Positions 1 through 13,534 of a DNA stretch of 64,000 bases are shown here, piece after piece. Below the pieces are notes generated by a model, which saw only the letters and a program-made list of their open reading frames with translations, ran no database searches and had not been told where the DNA came from. The position numbers and the translations under genes are program-made. Within the stretch, counting starts at the first letter, position 1; every line of letters starts with the position of its first letter. The stretch is from positions 13,454,001-13,518,000 of the forward strand of contig NC_058381.1 of assembly GCF_018350175.1 (NCBI RefSeq), in the 5' to 3' direction. This stretch comes from Felis catus. Its lineage: Eukaryota.

Positions 1-341
1 TCTGGGATTTCCTTTGCTCCCTCTGCAATACCTGTGCTCAGTAGACATTTGTTGAAGACATGATTGGATGGGGTCAGGGCAACGCAGGGGTGCCTGGCCT
101 GAGAGAGCAGATGGAGTCCATCTGCTAACTCCGGGCTAACTTTGGCTGTACCACGGACAAACTTTGTGGCCTGGGACAAAGGTGCCTCTTTCTGAGCCCA
201 GTTTCCTATCTATTGATTGGTGATAATGGTGTTCTTTAGGGGTTGTTGTAGGGTCCGACAGAAGGTACTGTGTGTCAAATGGCAGGGTGCTTTCTGGAAA
301 CCTAGGATTCTGAGTCAGGAACCCTAACTCTTTTGCTGCAG

Positions 342-424
342 GGGGCTTTCTTCTGTGACTTGGTACTTATCTACTTAATCAAGAAGAGCCACTTTTACCG
401 AGACAAGAAGTACGAGGAAGTGAG
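342..424 (+). CDS. P2RX5: P2X purinoceptor 5, exon just after TM2 (gene begins upstream of the window)
   Basis: ttgctgcag|GGG acceptor and AG|gtcagt donor; translates GAFFCDLVLIYLIKKSHFYRDKKYEEV, the P2X post-TM2 region with the YxxxK motif; syntenic with EMC6/TAX1BP3. Confidence 0.93.
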
Positions 425-1368
425 GTCAGTTATGCTTCTTCCCCTGCAGCCTGGGGGGACCTTTGTGGGGGCCCCCTTGATCAGAGCTCCCCTCCCTGGC
501 CTAGAAACTTTACCCTGGTTGGATGGTAATGCTTGGTGTGTGGCGGCAGGGCCATTGGGAGCTCCCCTGGAAGGGCCGCGGAAGGTGGAATGTTCTGAGA
601 ACATGCTTTACAGAGCTGGATTCTGCCTCAGAGCAGCTGGCAGAAGAAAAGGCCTCCAGAGGCCATGGGCAGGGGACCTGGTTTCCGGGCCTGACTCTGC
701 CGCTATCTGCCATGTGACTTCAGACAAGTCCGAGGCCTCCTTGGGCCTCAGTTTCTCTCTCCGTGAGCGTGCTAGCACTTATGTTTTAGGATTCTTGGAC
801 TTGGTAGTCCTGGTTGGCTGGGGTTGAGGGAAGCTGGAGTGGTAACAGAAGAAAACGATAGGTTTCTCGTTTTTTCCTGTGGGGGCCATTTCCAGGCTCT
901 CTCGGGCCCTGAGCATGGTGGTGTGTATGTGTGTATTCATAGCAGCAGAACATAGTATGAGTGGGAAACCCTGATGTCTGTGGGCAGACTGGAAGGGGAA
1001 AGGGGTTCTGACCCAGCCATTCTGGAGGAGCTGGGATCAGAATGGGCAATTGCAGATGGTGGGCTCCAGATGGGCACCTGGGCACTCCCTCCACCCCACC
1101 GCAGCCTGGGACAGCAGGTGGAGGGTCAGCCCGCATCACTTGCCTGGACTGAACCCAGCCCTGATGCAGGCTGAGCCCTCAGCCCCGACCCTGGTCGCAG
1201 ACGGAGCCCTCATTGCCCATGCCTCCTGGCTGAGCTGCTGGAGGAAGAGGGGTGCCCCCCACAGGGCGAGGGGCTCTATAGGGCCTGCCCCACGCCCCCA
1301 CCCCGCCAGTCTGGGGAAGGTGGGCTGGGCTCTGCAGGCCAGGGTTAACTGGGTCCTGTCCTGCCCAG

Positions 1369-1508
1369 CGTCCTACGGGTCCTGGCTGAGTCCTCGCAAC
1401 AGGACGGGACCCCAGAGGCAGAGGAGGCGGCGGCGGGGCCTGGGTTGGCCGAGCAGCCGGAGGCACAGCACGGAGGCGGCAGCCAGAAGGAGAATGGCTG
1501 CCCGCCAG
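1369..1508 (+). CDS. P2RX5: P2RX5 penultimate exon (C-terminal tail)
   Basis: ctgcccag| acceptor is in frame with the previous exon; G|gtgagg donor; reads ...QDGTPEAEEAAAGPGLAEQPEAQHGGGSQKENGCPP, resembling the recalled human EDSSQEAEDEASGLGLSEQ...PEAKRGSSSQKGNG; the acceptor choice is inferred. Confidence 0.7.
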
Positions 1509-3984
1509 GTGAGGGGCTGCTGGGCTGAGGACCCGTGAACGAGCCTTGCAGAGACGGCCTGGCCCTCTCCTCTCCTCCCTGCTCCAGGGTGACCTGGACA
1601 CAAGGCAGGACATCCGGGACGCGGGAGCACCCACCCAAGCTGGACTTTGTGGGGGACAGGGGTGCTTTAGCTCCTTTGTGATCCCCGTTATTTCCTCAAC
1701 ACCCCTAAGTTACCACAAAGCAGCCTGCTTGCCGTGCTATCCCAGAATTAAGACAAGAGTACGATGTCATTTCCTCAGGCTTCCTCTGCCTGGCACCTCT
1801 CTGAGCTCTTTGTTTGTATGAACCCATTTCAGCAACTTAATGAGGTGGACACTCACAGTCCCTGTTCTAATGAGGAAACCGAGGCAAGAAAGGTTGTGGC
1901 TTGCTCAAGTCACACAGCTAATAAATGGCAGAGCTGGGATTTGAACCTAGTCAGTATGTCTCTAGAATCCAGTTCTTCTCCATGATACTTTTCTGCCTTA
2001 TCAAGCCCCCCATTCCCCTACTCCTCATCGGATGCCTTCCAGAAATTCTGGAGCTGCCCTCGCCTTAGGAGGGTGGTGGTATGTTGACAGGTGGGCCTGC
2101 AGGCTGCCCTTCCCTGGGGAGCCTGGCCATATCTGCAGATGCGACCTCAGCCTGGTGCAGGAGGCAGCCTGGGCTGGGTCAGGAGGCTGGCCTTAGGCCT
2201 CTCCTTCTGCCTGTGTGTCCTTGAGCAGGTACGTGGCCCGTTTTGGGCCTGTAAACGCCCTTTATTTCCCCAACTGGGGGCTGCACACAGGGGATCCTCT
2301 TGCTCAGTCAGGCTGGGCTGCTAACTCTCCTTTTGTAAACCATATCCATTTACTGGCCCGGACCGGGGGACTTTCCTCTGGTTCCCAGCTTTCATTCTTT
2401 GTTGACTCAGGGACTGGCAGCTTCCAGTGGGGAGCTGGGCCTGTGCAGGGCAGGAGTGAGAAATGGACTGGGAAGGAGAGGCAGGCAAAGGAGGGAGAGA
2501 AGTGAGGAAGACAGAGACGGGGCTGGGGCATGGAGGCAGGGAGGCTGGGGTCCCAGCAGCAGCTCCCAATGTGCTCCCTGAGCTCCTCAGCCTGTGAGAG
2601 GGAAGAATGACCACCCCGCTGGTGTTGGCTGTGGGACCGGCCTTGCCTGTTGCTGTGGGAGGCCCGGGTGCCCTCAGGGTGCCACCACAGGGCAGCTGCT
2701 CATTGCTGGTACAGCTCCGGAGGCCCCGGCCCGAGCACCTACACGGACCTGGGCTGTGGCCAGGGACTCCGCCAGTCTGCCCGTCTCTGCGAACTCTCTG
2801 CAGTGCCACCAGCGAGAGGCTGCCGCGGGTGGAGTCTGCCCTTAGGGAGGCCTGCCCTCTTCACAGGGTCCCCAGTTGTCCTCTGTGTGCCCCCTACTCC
2901 CCCCACACAGGTCTGGCCACCCGGGGAATGGAAAGGTGAATGTGGAGCAGCTACAGAACCTGCAGACAGCGGAGGCATAGCCAGAGGTGTTCGCTGAGAA
3001 CAGATTTGGTGAAGATGTTGCGGCAGAACCGCCTGCAGCTCTGAACTGAAAACTCTTTGTGTTTGCGTGGGACAGGTGTTTCCGGTCACAGCCATCTCTT
3101 CTGCACCTTGGGATCTTACTACAAGCTTTTCGTTGTGTGTCAGGGGAGGGAAGCCTCCTAGTGGCCAGTGTGGCTCGGATCTAGAAGAGGAGGACTTGGA
3201 GAGGGAAGTGGGGAAGGCCAGGGGCCTGAGTGGTACTCGAGTGTTTTCATTTTTCCGAGAACTCAGTTCATTCATTCATTCACACAGTGAATGCTATGTG
3301 CTGTGGGCTGTGCCCTATCCAAGAGATCCTTAAATGAGATGCTGACCTGGCCCCTGGGTGCGGGGAGCACACGTGTAATTCCTTCCAGAGCCAACAGACG
3401 TCACAGCCCGGCTCAGCCACTCTGGCCTTCCTCCAGCCTCTAGCGGAGACTTTCACAAATCCCTGTTGAGAATGATGGCTCCTCAGAGAAAGACTTTGGC
3501 CGGCATCCAAGGGGACGTTTGGCCTTGCCCTCAGGGATAAAATAATAGGTGGCCAAGGAAGCAACCAGGGAAGGCCTGGGCCTGGAAAGAGGCAGCTAGC
3601 CCTTGAGGGGAGAGGCAGCCTCTGAGGGTTTCCAGGTAAGGTGGGGAAGGGGAGGCAGGGAGGCTTCTGCTCCAGTCCTCCTGCCTAGCCTCAGGAAGCT
3701 CTGGGCATAGTGTCTCCCCCAAACGGGAGACCAGCTGCCTGGGTTGTTTCTCCCTTGCGGTTCTGTGGGGCTGAGTGTCCCTACCCGGCTTCCCTCGCTT
3801 TCTCCTCATAGGCGGGGTCTGAAGGGCTAAGGAGATAAGAATAGGTGGAGCTCACTTGGCAGGTGGAAGTAGTTGTTAACAGGGAGGCCCTCGCCCCTCA
3901 CCCCAGCCTCTCTCCCTACCCTCCTCCTTCCCAGCCCCACACTGCTGAACTATGCTGCTTCCCCCATTTAGTGGCTGCAGAGCC

Positions 3985-4150
3985 TCGCTACTCACTCAGA
4001 GGTGTGGCCTGTGGACCAGCAGCATCAGCATCACCTGGGAGCTTGTTGGAACGGCAGTCTCTGCCCCCTCCGTCGTCCTCCGAAATCAGAACCTGTGTTT
4101 CAACAAGACTTCGGGTGATTTGTACGAACGTTCACGTGTGAGAGCACTGG
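3985..4150. mobile_element. MER5A-like hAT DNA transposon remnant
   Basis: ggaccagcagcatcagcatcacctgggagcttgtt...aacaag...ggtgatt...gagagcactg pattern recalled for MER5A. Confidence 0.65.
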
Positions 4151-5991
4151 TTAAGGAGATACTCAGCGCCTGGTTCTGAGGGAGGAGAAGGCCAGCTTTG
4201 GCAGCTGCTGCGGATTTCAGGTCAGACTTACACACATTCTACTTTGAGAGCAAGAGGATTCCACCCCACCCCCACCCCCGGGAAGGTGACATTATGCTCA
4301 ATGCATTTAAAGTAAAATATTTTGACTAGATAATACTTATATGATTCAAAAACCAAACAAAAGGTACAAAAGAATAGACAGTGAAAAGCCTGCCTCCCAC
4401 CCCTGTTCCCCAAGGCGACGTTACTGATGCCAAGAGGCTCTACTGTTTTGCTGAGAATCTGCTTGGTTGCTTGTGCCCTCTCTCAGGAAATGAACTTTTC
4501 CTGGTGGCTGCAACGTCCCATCAAGTCTCCTCTGTCAGGAAGGGACACGATGGAATACAGTGAAGTACCGGGCTAGCTCCCTTCTCCCTCTCCCACCGTC
4601 TGAGGAGTCCTCGTGTAAACCCAAGGGGAGAGACCTATAGCTCATCACTAACTGTTGTCTGGTCTGCTCGGTAGCAAAGGCCTGTGGGGCTGCCTGTGGC
4701 TCAGCAAGCTCCATGGTTGGTTTGCACAGCTCCCCGGATGCTAAGGAGTGTCCTCTTTGGAAGTGCTCTCTCTGGGCCTCCCTCAGGCCAGAAGGCTTTG
4801 GTTCTCCTCTGCACACAGAGGAGGCGGGAAGCATCCTTCCACCGACCGGGGCCTTTAGAGAGGGACAGAGGGGCTTGCAAAAGGCTTTGCCACTGGAGCA
4901 GGGCATGGTCCCCGAAACGGGAAGCTTGCTCCTTCTGGAGCAAGTGGCTCCTTCACTCTGGACTGGTAACCTGTCAACAACCCACCTGCTCTCTGAATAG
5001 AAAGTGAAAAATCTGGGTGATCTACTATGGTGTTTCACTTCCTCACTAAAGCAAACCCTAGGATTTCATATACTTTTGCATTTGGGAGGAAGCAGAAAGG
5101 GCAGGGGTCATGACTGCTTAGGAGTTGGTCTGGTTTCTTTTAGCCTGTTTTTGGAATTGCTTTGCGGCAGCCCTATAACCTGGGGGAAATTGTACTATTC
5201 GTTTTACACTGGAATGAAAATGTCTCCCTACAGTTTTCATTCAGTTGGTAAATATTTATTGAGTACCTGTTGTCAGGTGATGGACTAAATCTGGTAACAG
5301 TTGTGAGAAACACAGAAACTGTCCCTGCCCAAGTGCTTACAGTCTAGGAGGTGAGCCTTAATCAGTGGTCACACATAGAATCACAGACTGAATTTTCAGT
5401 GGAGTAGCCAGAGGTTACCCCCAGGACGTGACATATAAGCCGAAATCTGAAAGCAGTCTAGTTGATGGGGGAGGCATTCCAGGTAAGGGAACCACATGTG
5501 TAAAATAAATGCTTTGACATGAGGAGTAATTGAGGAGCTGGATGGAGATAGTGTGACTGAAGCCGGTTTTATGAGGCTTTCCTTCCATCAACTCTCTTTA
5601 ATCTTAAGGGCTGCCCCATTAAACTTCACTGCCACAGAGGACCTAACCTAATGGTTTCAAGTCCAGCCAAGCTTTCCAGGTGGCCTCCCCTACGTGTCAT
5701 GGGTCTTGTGCTCAGAAAAGCCAGTGACCCCATGACAGCTTCTGGATAGTGTTGCTCACTGCCAGTTTCCTTGCTTTTGCACAGCTTCCCACTACCCCCT
5801 CTTTCTTTGCATAATCTTGGTGCATGAATGGGAGGTTCATAAATCTTACAGAAACTGGCTTTGAAATGGCAAGTGAAGTGGGAACTCGAGCTCCGTTTGG
5901 GAGAGTCCCTTTCTCTCAGGACACCAGTTGCCTCACCAGGTAGATGAGTACGCCAGCCTCTACAGAGCTCCTGTCCGTGCTGACATTACAG

Positions 5992-6640
5992 GATCACCTG
6001 AACCGTCGCCCATGCTTACATTCAGGCCGTGGCCTAAAGCCATCTACCTAGTAGTTTCCTAATGATTAATTCCATGCCTTGGGAGTGCCATGATGCTGGC
6101 TAATGGGATTTGAAAACTGGGTGCTACCAACGTGCCATCAAGACGAGCCATGAAAGAGCTAAGCGCCCTCTACTCCTGATGCAGGGGTCACCAGGACTGA
6201 CCAGTCATGGCTGCCTTTTTGCCACCATCCCATCAGCTCTTTCTCCGTGGCTTGCTGCCCTACTGGGGGACCAGTTGTAAAGGGGGAACATGACTTCCTC
6301 CAGGTGTCTAAGCACCCCAGCTGTGGACGACAGTGCCCTGCAGACTCCCTAAATCACCCCACTTGGAATGGCATCTTGCATGTCCGGAAAAGGGCTCCAC
6401 CTGGTTGCTACCCACTCCCCTCCACCCAAATGACACAACTTTTCTCAGAGCATACTCTCCAGTGGACCCAAGAGCACCGTCTCCAAAAGGCACACCTTTC
6501 TCCCAGCTCTTTGTTTCCCCTTAGGCCAGTGCACACAATTAAAAGAGGAAAGATGGCAGCCAATATCTGAGACCTGCCCCATAAATGTATTCTGATATTT
6601 TTATTTGGTTATAAAACAATAAAAAGTTTTAACTGTAAAC
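5992..6640 (+). other. P2RX5: P2RX5 terminal exon (short coding part plus 3'UTR)
   Basis: tacag|GATCACCTGA acceptor; downstream sequence resembles the recalled human P2RX5 3'UTR; AATAAA at 6618-6623; end coordinate approximate. Confidence 0.7.
6618..6623 (+). terminator. polyadenylation signal, P2RX5
   Basis: AATAAA followed by a GT/T-rich tract. Confidence 0.6.
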
Positions 6641-8413
6641 ATGTCTTGATTTTTTTTTTCCCTTCATCTTAGTCACCCGTGTTTTAGAGGAAAATGTAAG
6701 GAGAAAGTGAGCCCTAAAGAGGCAGACACAAACAATTAGTAAGCAATATATTACGTTCCTTATTCTCTTGCAAAGAAATTCAAATGGAAATAAGGAAACT
6801 CTTTAAATGAGCAAACATTAAAGGACTAGGAAGGCACTGATAAAACTGGTAATTTTCATTCAATGAGTGTAATTTGATAAAACTCTGAAAGCATTTGGAG
6901 TCAAGCTCTTATCTTGTTTTAGGAGCTTATTAAGTTCCCTGAAAACAATATAGACATGGATATTGTTTGCAGTATTTTTTTCTAACAGTTAACATTTCAA
7001 ACAACCTTAACTGCCTAGAGATAGAGAAATAGTTAAGTGAATCAGTTCACTTATTCCACCCCCTCACCCGCCCCCATATCCAGTAGGACTCTCCCTTTAC
7101 TCCACATCAGGAGTGAATCTTCTCTTATCTACTCAGAGAAGGCCCTGAGGGGACGGGGGAGTTTAAGAAGGGGGAGTATGCAAACCATGAATGTGAGCCT
7201 CTTCAGTCGGGGTCTGAGAAAGGGTTTAGAGGTCATTGGGAGGGGGAGGCAAAGCTGTGGCCTCACCGGCTTCTTCCCTTCATGTGCAAGCATGTGGTCC
7301 AGAGCCCCAAATGGGATTCAGGAGGCCTGGGTCCCAGATCCATTTACGTTATTGGCCACAGACCATATACCATGTGTAAAAGGAGACTTGGACTCAAGCT
7401 CTCAGATCATCTTCTGATCTAAAGCTGATCTTTTTTGAAAATCCAAATGTCGCATCACTCCTAGCTAAAACTTCCAAAGGCTCCCCCAAACTGCTCTTAG
7501 GACCAAGGCCAAAAAATCCCCACCGTAGCCTTCCAGGTCCCGGTCATGGCCTCTTCTCTAACTCTCCAGATACGTGTCAAACTCCCTCCTGCCCAATGGC
7601 CCCCGCACATGTGCTTTCTTGCAAGTAGCCTCTTCAACTTTGTTCTTCAACACTGTTCTTCAACTCTGAGGTCTCAAATGTAGTGTTATCTCCTCAAGGC
7701 TTTCTTGATCCCCACTCTCCAACCTGAGCTCAGTTTGGGGCTCCTATGTGCTCTCTTCACAGCACTTACCATAATTTAAATATTTGTGAAATTAGGTAAT
7801 ACTGGTCTTCCTAGTTAACTATAAATTCCTTGAGCAACATGTTCGCTACTATAACTCTAACGCAACACATATTTCTCAAGTATATGCACTTTATTCTGAT
7901 GTAACCCCTCAACCCCGACAAGAAGGGATTGTAGATTAGCATATAGACAGACACTCTAAACAAGCCCAAAGTTTAGCTTCAATGTTGTCTGTTTAATCTC
8001 CATTAGACATATTCTAGAAAAGAGCTTGAACTTATTTAAAATGGAAATGACAGCCAGCTGTAACCAGGTGAAATGGAACTAAAATGCCACCATTCATACC
8101 TGAAAGCAGTGGTTACTGGGAGGGAAGGCTGGAATCTGAAAAGGTACACTCGTCAGTACAGCAAGAGGAATTAAAAGACCTGTATTTGAAATTTGGCTCT
8201 GCCTCTTTCTAGCTGTGCCTCTAATGGCAGAGGTATATTTAACCAGAGCCCCAGCTTCATCAACGAGGGATAACATATCTACCCCATAAGGATATTGCTA
8301 GAATTAAGCGACATAATGGGTGTAAAAGGTACAAGGCACAATGCTTGGCATATAGAAAACACAATAAATATTAACTGTTATTACTTCTCAGGATGTTAAC
8401 AGTAAGTTTTCTT

Positions 8414-8419
8414 TTTATT
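8414..8419 (-). terminator. polyadenylation signal, EMC6
   Basis: TTTATT on + (AATAAA on -) about 310 nt downstream of the EMC6 stop. Confidence 0.65.
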
Positions 8420-8730
8420 TAGGCCCTACTGGCCCTCTCTGGGTGGCCTACGTGTAAATGCAGGGAAATTACAGAAGCCAGTCCCAGCTCTCCAATTTTG
8501 CACCCACGGCACACATGGGGTATGAGTTAAGGTAGGCAAAAAACTCCACGAAGTGTCTTACGCTTCATTTAATCTGAAGAATATTACAGACTCTTCGTCT
8601 TCAGATATAAGTTATAACGTTACAGAACAAGCAGCGAATTCAACAATTTAAAAACTAAGTGTACACGGTGTTAAATCCTGGCGACAGTCCTCCCAATCTG
8701 GTTTTTTAAAAAAGTCATCCCTGCCCCCAT

Positions 8731-9078
<348 letters not shown>

Positions 9079-9273
9079 TCAGCCTCTGCTTTCTCGCGGA
9101 GCTGCAGAGGGAACCAAGTTACAAGTGGCCCCGGGAGCCTGGCGAGTTGCGCTCACGCCGCCCCTCCCCCCCGGGACTTCCAAGACCTCCCACCATTCGC
9201 GGATCTCGGACCTTCGCGAGACGCAGAGGAGGCTGAGGGTTCGGACCGGCCCTGCCCAGTTTCGCCCAGGTAC

Positions 9274-9370
9274 CTGCAACACGGCGGCGGACACAGACAC
9301 TTAGCGTTCCCTCAGACGGCCAGCGGCAGACAACCTCCCCACGCCATCTTGCGCTGGAGGTTGCTGGGAG
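9274..9370 (-). other. EMC6: EMC6 non-coding exon 1 (5' end approximate)
   Basis: GCAG|gtacct donor at 9273 pairs with the acceptor at 9102, giving a 172-nt intron. Confidence 0.55.
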
Positions 9371-9650
9371 GACCAGGTTGCGCATGCGCCAAAACCTCGC
9401 TCCCGCCCCCTGACGCGTACGCGGCGGGCTCTCCGAGCACGCTCCACCCCCTCCCCGTCCTTCTGCGCACGCACAGGGACTTCCGAAAGCTGAACAGCGC
9501 TCCGACCGGTGACTGGCTGGGGATCTGCTAACTATTCATGAGGGGGCGGGCCGAGTTGGGTTGCCTTTGTTAACCAAGGAGGGCGCGGCCGCTGGGATTT
9601 TCGCTGCGGGCTTCACTGAGCTGCGCTTGGTTGCCAGATTGCGGTCGAGA
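9300..9650. promoter_or_regulatory. CpG-island bidirectional promoter EMC6/TAX1BP3
   Basis: Head-to-head genes; CpG-dense; YY1-type CGCCATCTT 9342-9350, NRF1-type TGCGCATGCGC 9379-9389, GC boxes near 9402 and 9543, TGACG half-CRE at 9411. Confidence 0.85.
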
Positions 9651-9688
9651 TGTCCTACATCCCCGGCCAGCCGGTCACCGCTGTGGTG
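9650..9688 (+). CDS. TAX1BP3: Tax1-binding protein 3 (TIP-1), coding exon 1
   Basis: ATG MSYIPGQPVTAVV then |gtgagt donor. Confidence 0.96.
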
Positions 9689-12640
9689 GTGAGTGCGCTC
9701 GCGGGCTCCTCCTCGTCTTGGCTTGTCCCCACTTTGCAGATAGGTAAACTGACGCCCCAGACAGGTTGACAAAGCGTTGAACCCAGGGCTCTTGCAAACC
9801 GGCGCCAGGGCTCTGGTCTGCCTGAGCGGGACCGCGGTCTTCCCCAGCCAGGCAACAGAGATGGCTGGGACCCAAGCGCCTCCTGAAGACCCTGAACCGA
9901 GGCCGGACCCCGCACATTACCGCCGCTGCGTCGGACTCCTTCCTGCGGGAAGGACTGAGGAGAAAGTCCCCAGCTGTGGGAATACCGGGAGAGCGCCCCC
10001 TTCCCAGGCCTGAGTCCCCAGCTGAGCAGCCGAGGGGGGCGGGCACCGGGCCCGACGTCCGTGAGTCGCAGCCTCTGGAATGAGGAAGTGCTTCCTCCGC
10101 TGCAGCCGACGCCGCCGCCCAGAAGGAAACTTGGGGGGTGGAGATGGCCTGAGCCTGAGTAGCAGCCCAGTATCCCTCCCATCCAGGCTTGCTTGTTCGG
10201 ACCTTCCGCCGCCCGCTCCAGAGTGAAGGCTCATGCAGTTGGCTCGCTCCTGCTCCAAACTTTCCCCGGATCCCTAGCCCTGGGGCAAAGTCCAGGTTCC
10301 TCGCCTGGCACTTCGGGCTAGCTCAGGGCCCTGCCTACAGCTCCCCCCCCTCCCCCCATTGCCTCCCCATTGGGTGCCAGATGCTATTAGACTAGGCAGA
10401 GGGAAGAAGGCAGGCTGGGACATTAGACTCAGAAGCCAGTGCCAAAGCTGAATGAAGCCTGGAGGCAAACTCCAAGGCGGAGGTGGGGAAACTGAGTCCC
10501 AGAGAGAAGTCTAGTCACGTCCAGGCCTAAAGGAAGTCCTCAGGAAAAACCCAGATCTCTGAGAAGAAATGCCTGCCAGGCAGCATTGGGTCAGATGGAA
10601 GTCCCAGTCCTGAGGCCATGGGACTTGCCGCAGAATCTCAGATGGGTGTACAGCGGAGCTCCTGCAGTCAGAAGTTGGCAGGGTGTGAAGCTGCTGATAA
10701 AGGTGGCATGTGAGTTTGAGCTTAGAGAACGAGCTGTGGCCTGGGAAAGTACATTTCTGGATCTGGGGACAGCTGTCCTAAGCTTCACCCTGGCCGCACC
10801 AGCCTTGGCTTTCTAGATCCCTAGCTGCCTCAGAGAGAAGGGGCCAGGTTTGCTTCTTATGGAAAAAAAGGGGGTGTAGGGGAGGCACCAGAAAGGCGCC
10901 GTAACCTGCCTGATTTCACCTAGTGAGTCAGTGACAGCGCCTTGTCTTCCAGCCCAAGGGCCTGTACTCCCTTCTGACCTTGAGGGTGGGTCAATGGTGT
11001 GCAAAGTTCTGTTTTGGAGGAGGGGGAGCAAGCCTGGAGGAGCTCACACTTTTGGGCACAAGGACCTAGGTCTAGTGGGCCTAGTCATACTTCCTGCTTC
11101 CCCTCTCTCCTATTCTGGCAGGTCCGCAGGCCTTCCTCAAAACTGTAAGACCATGACCTTCCAATTCTTGGGAACACTAGGAACATGTCTGAACATGGTG
11201 GGGGTCTGGCCTCTCCCTCTTGTGTTTTGGATTGGGGAAGGGGTGGAGGAGGCTTCCTTCCTGCTTCCTGCCTATCCCATGTAGTTACCATTTTGCGAAT
11301 GTTAAAACCATTTTCGCTTCTCCTCTGAACTCTGGTTCCATAGGTCCTTCTGCCTTCTGGACACTTGCCTGGGTGGCTCCTGGAACTCCAAAATGCTTCT
11401 TCAGGGTCACCAGCTGAGAGATGGTTGTGTTCAGCCAGGCCAGGTGGCTGCGTGTTTCCCTTGACTCCTCTCCACTATGGGCAGTCCCCAAGTCTGTTGA
11501 CCTCATTTCCCAAGTAGTCGTGTTCCCTGGCCTCCACATCCCACCTCTGGGATACACCCGTTCCCCTCCTGACTACCCAAGTGGTCATTCTAGCCTCAAA
11601 CCTGACCATGACCAACCTTACTCCTGGGAGCCCTAGTGGGCCCAGAATCAAAATCAGGTGTCCAGACTCCTGTCACTCCTTCAAGGCCTGCTGCAAATGA
11701 TCCTTCCTCCGTCCAGATCAAGTCACTTTGGTTTTTTTTCCTTCCTGTTAGAACTCAACTTTGGGTGAGGGGGAGTGGTGGGGAGGGGTAGGGGGCGGGG
11801 GCGGGCAGTGATCTTGTCCCACCCCTACTATTTGGTGATTGAAGGGTGCCTGCTGAGGGCTTTGAAAGGAGCTTGGCAGTTTGGGGATCACAGACCTAGA
11901 ACCCTCTTCTGCCTCCTACACTGCATGAACAGCAAGGTCTGGGGCTTAGGGAGAAACTCCTTCCTTCAGGGCTAGCCTCTTGGGCCCACACTCCGCAACT
12001 TTTCTGATCTGGCCCCAGCCTTACCTCAGCACCCAGTTCCAGACCTATGCTGTACACTCATCTCATGGACATGTATCTGTACCACTTTCAAGTCTATGCT
12101 CTTGTCCCTTGGCCAGGACAGCCCTTCCTCTCCTTTCTGTGCAAGTTTGAACTTCTCTGCTTTTCTGGAGCATCTCCAGTCTTGCCCTTGATAGCGTTGG
12201 CTCAGCAATGAGCTGCCTCAGCAAGGTACCTACATTCCCTCCCCCCTCCCCCCACAGGGCCTGACCCCTTCTGCCCTGTGTGGTCCTTCCCCTGGGACAT
12301 AGCCCCCTTCCTCTCCCCTCCCAATCCATAGCAGCCATAGCATGCTGGCTCTTGGGCCAGGAGGGGCTTAAAGCGCATGTTGACTAAGGTTGGTGCCTGA
12401 GACTAATAGGAAGGGGAACAAGGCTCCGACAGCTTGCGTAGGTGGATTGTTGTGGCTGAGTTCTGAGTCTCACCCCCGTCTCCCAGGCTGGTGACCAGCT
12501 GGAATCTTGAAGAGGGCCCTGGGCCCCACCCCCTTGGCATGGCTCTGAGCTGGCTTAGCAGCCTGAGGCTACTGCTGGACACAGATCAGATTTGTTGTCC
12601 ACATACCCACCTGCCTCCAACGTGTTTTTCCCTTTGCCAG

Positions 12641-12760
12641 CAAAGAGTTGAAATTCACAAGCTGCGTCAAGGTGAGAATTTAATACTGGGCTTCAGCATT
12701 GGAGGTGGAATTGACCAGGATCCCTCACAGAATCCTTTCTCAGAAGACAAGACAGATAAG
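12641..12760 (+). CDS. TAX1BP3: TAX1BP3 exon 2 (PDZ domain)
   Basis: ttgccag| QRVEIHKLRQGENLILGFSIGGGIDQDPSQNPFSEDKTDK |gtgaga. Confidence 0.97.
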
Positions 12761-13149
12761 GTGAGAGAGACCAGGGGCCTGGGATCTCTCCATTGGGCTC
12801 AGAGGCCTGAGATGGTGGGTCTCTGCTTCCAGGGCCTTCACGTAGGGAGCAGACCTCTTTCAAATAGTCCTCCCTAAGAAGGTTTAAGAAATGATCTGGT
12901 GGGAATACATAGGGATGGAGGTGGGGGAGTGGACCTCCCAGCCCTAGGAAGACTCAGAGTCCAGAAGGAACAGGAAGAGGCTGACAGGAGGCACCAGAGC
13001 ACGGTGGGGCAGCCCCGCTCTCCCCTAGGCTGTCTTGGCACAGCCTGTGCTGGGGGCAGGCTTGTGCAGAGTTGGCTGGGAGTTTGCCATGTTGGGCTTT
13101 GTTTTCTGGGTAAGGGACCAGTCTAATGACCTAGGCTGTCTCTTTCCAG

Positions 13150-13227
13150 GGCATTTATGTCACACGGGTATCTGAAGGAGGCCCTGCTGAAATTGCTGGG
13201 CTGCAGATTGGAGACAAGATTATGCAG
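13150..13227 (+). CDS. TAX1BP3: TAX1BP3 exon 3
   Basis: tttccag| GIYVTRVSEGGPAEIAGLQIGDKIMQ |gtaaca. Confidence 0.97.
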
Positions 13228-13534
13228 GTAACACATGTCCCAGACGAGGAAAATAACGCTTGGGTCAGGGTCTGAAGCACTTGGGTTGGGGGCTGCCCCT
13301 GCTTCCTGGGGCACCTGGGAGGCTCCCTGAAACTGTTTGGAGCCCCTGCTGGTGTTGCCCCCAGAGGAAGTTGGCTCTCTCCTCTGTGCCTCAACTGTGG
13401 TACTTGGTGATCCCTCAGCCAAGAGACATCAGCTTGGGAGCCTGCTTGGGTGACCCAGGACCCCAAAACCCAACCTGCTTCCAGATCTGAGAGGGCAGAA
13501 AACTGAGGTAGGCTCTATTTTCTCCTTGGGCCAG

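Noticed and set aside
2321-3333. Many overlapping 80-180 aa ORFs in the last P2RX5 intron
   Set aside because: GC-rich sequence with few stop codons; no coherent protein signal
4539-4576. Candidate alternative P2RX5 last exon (tctgtcag|GAAGGGAC...TAG)
   Set aside because: Only a plausible acceptor; the exon at 5992 matches the recalled human terminal exon much better
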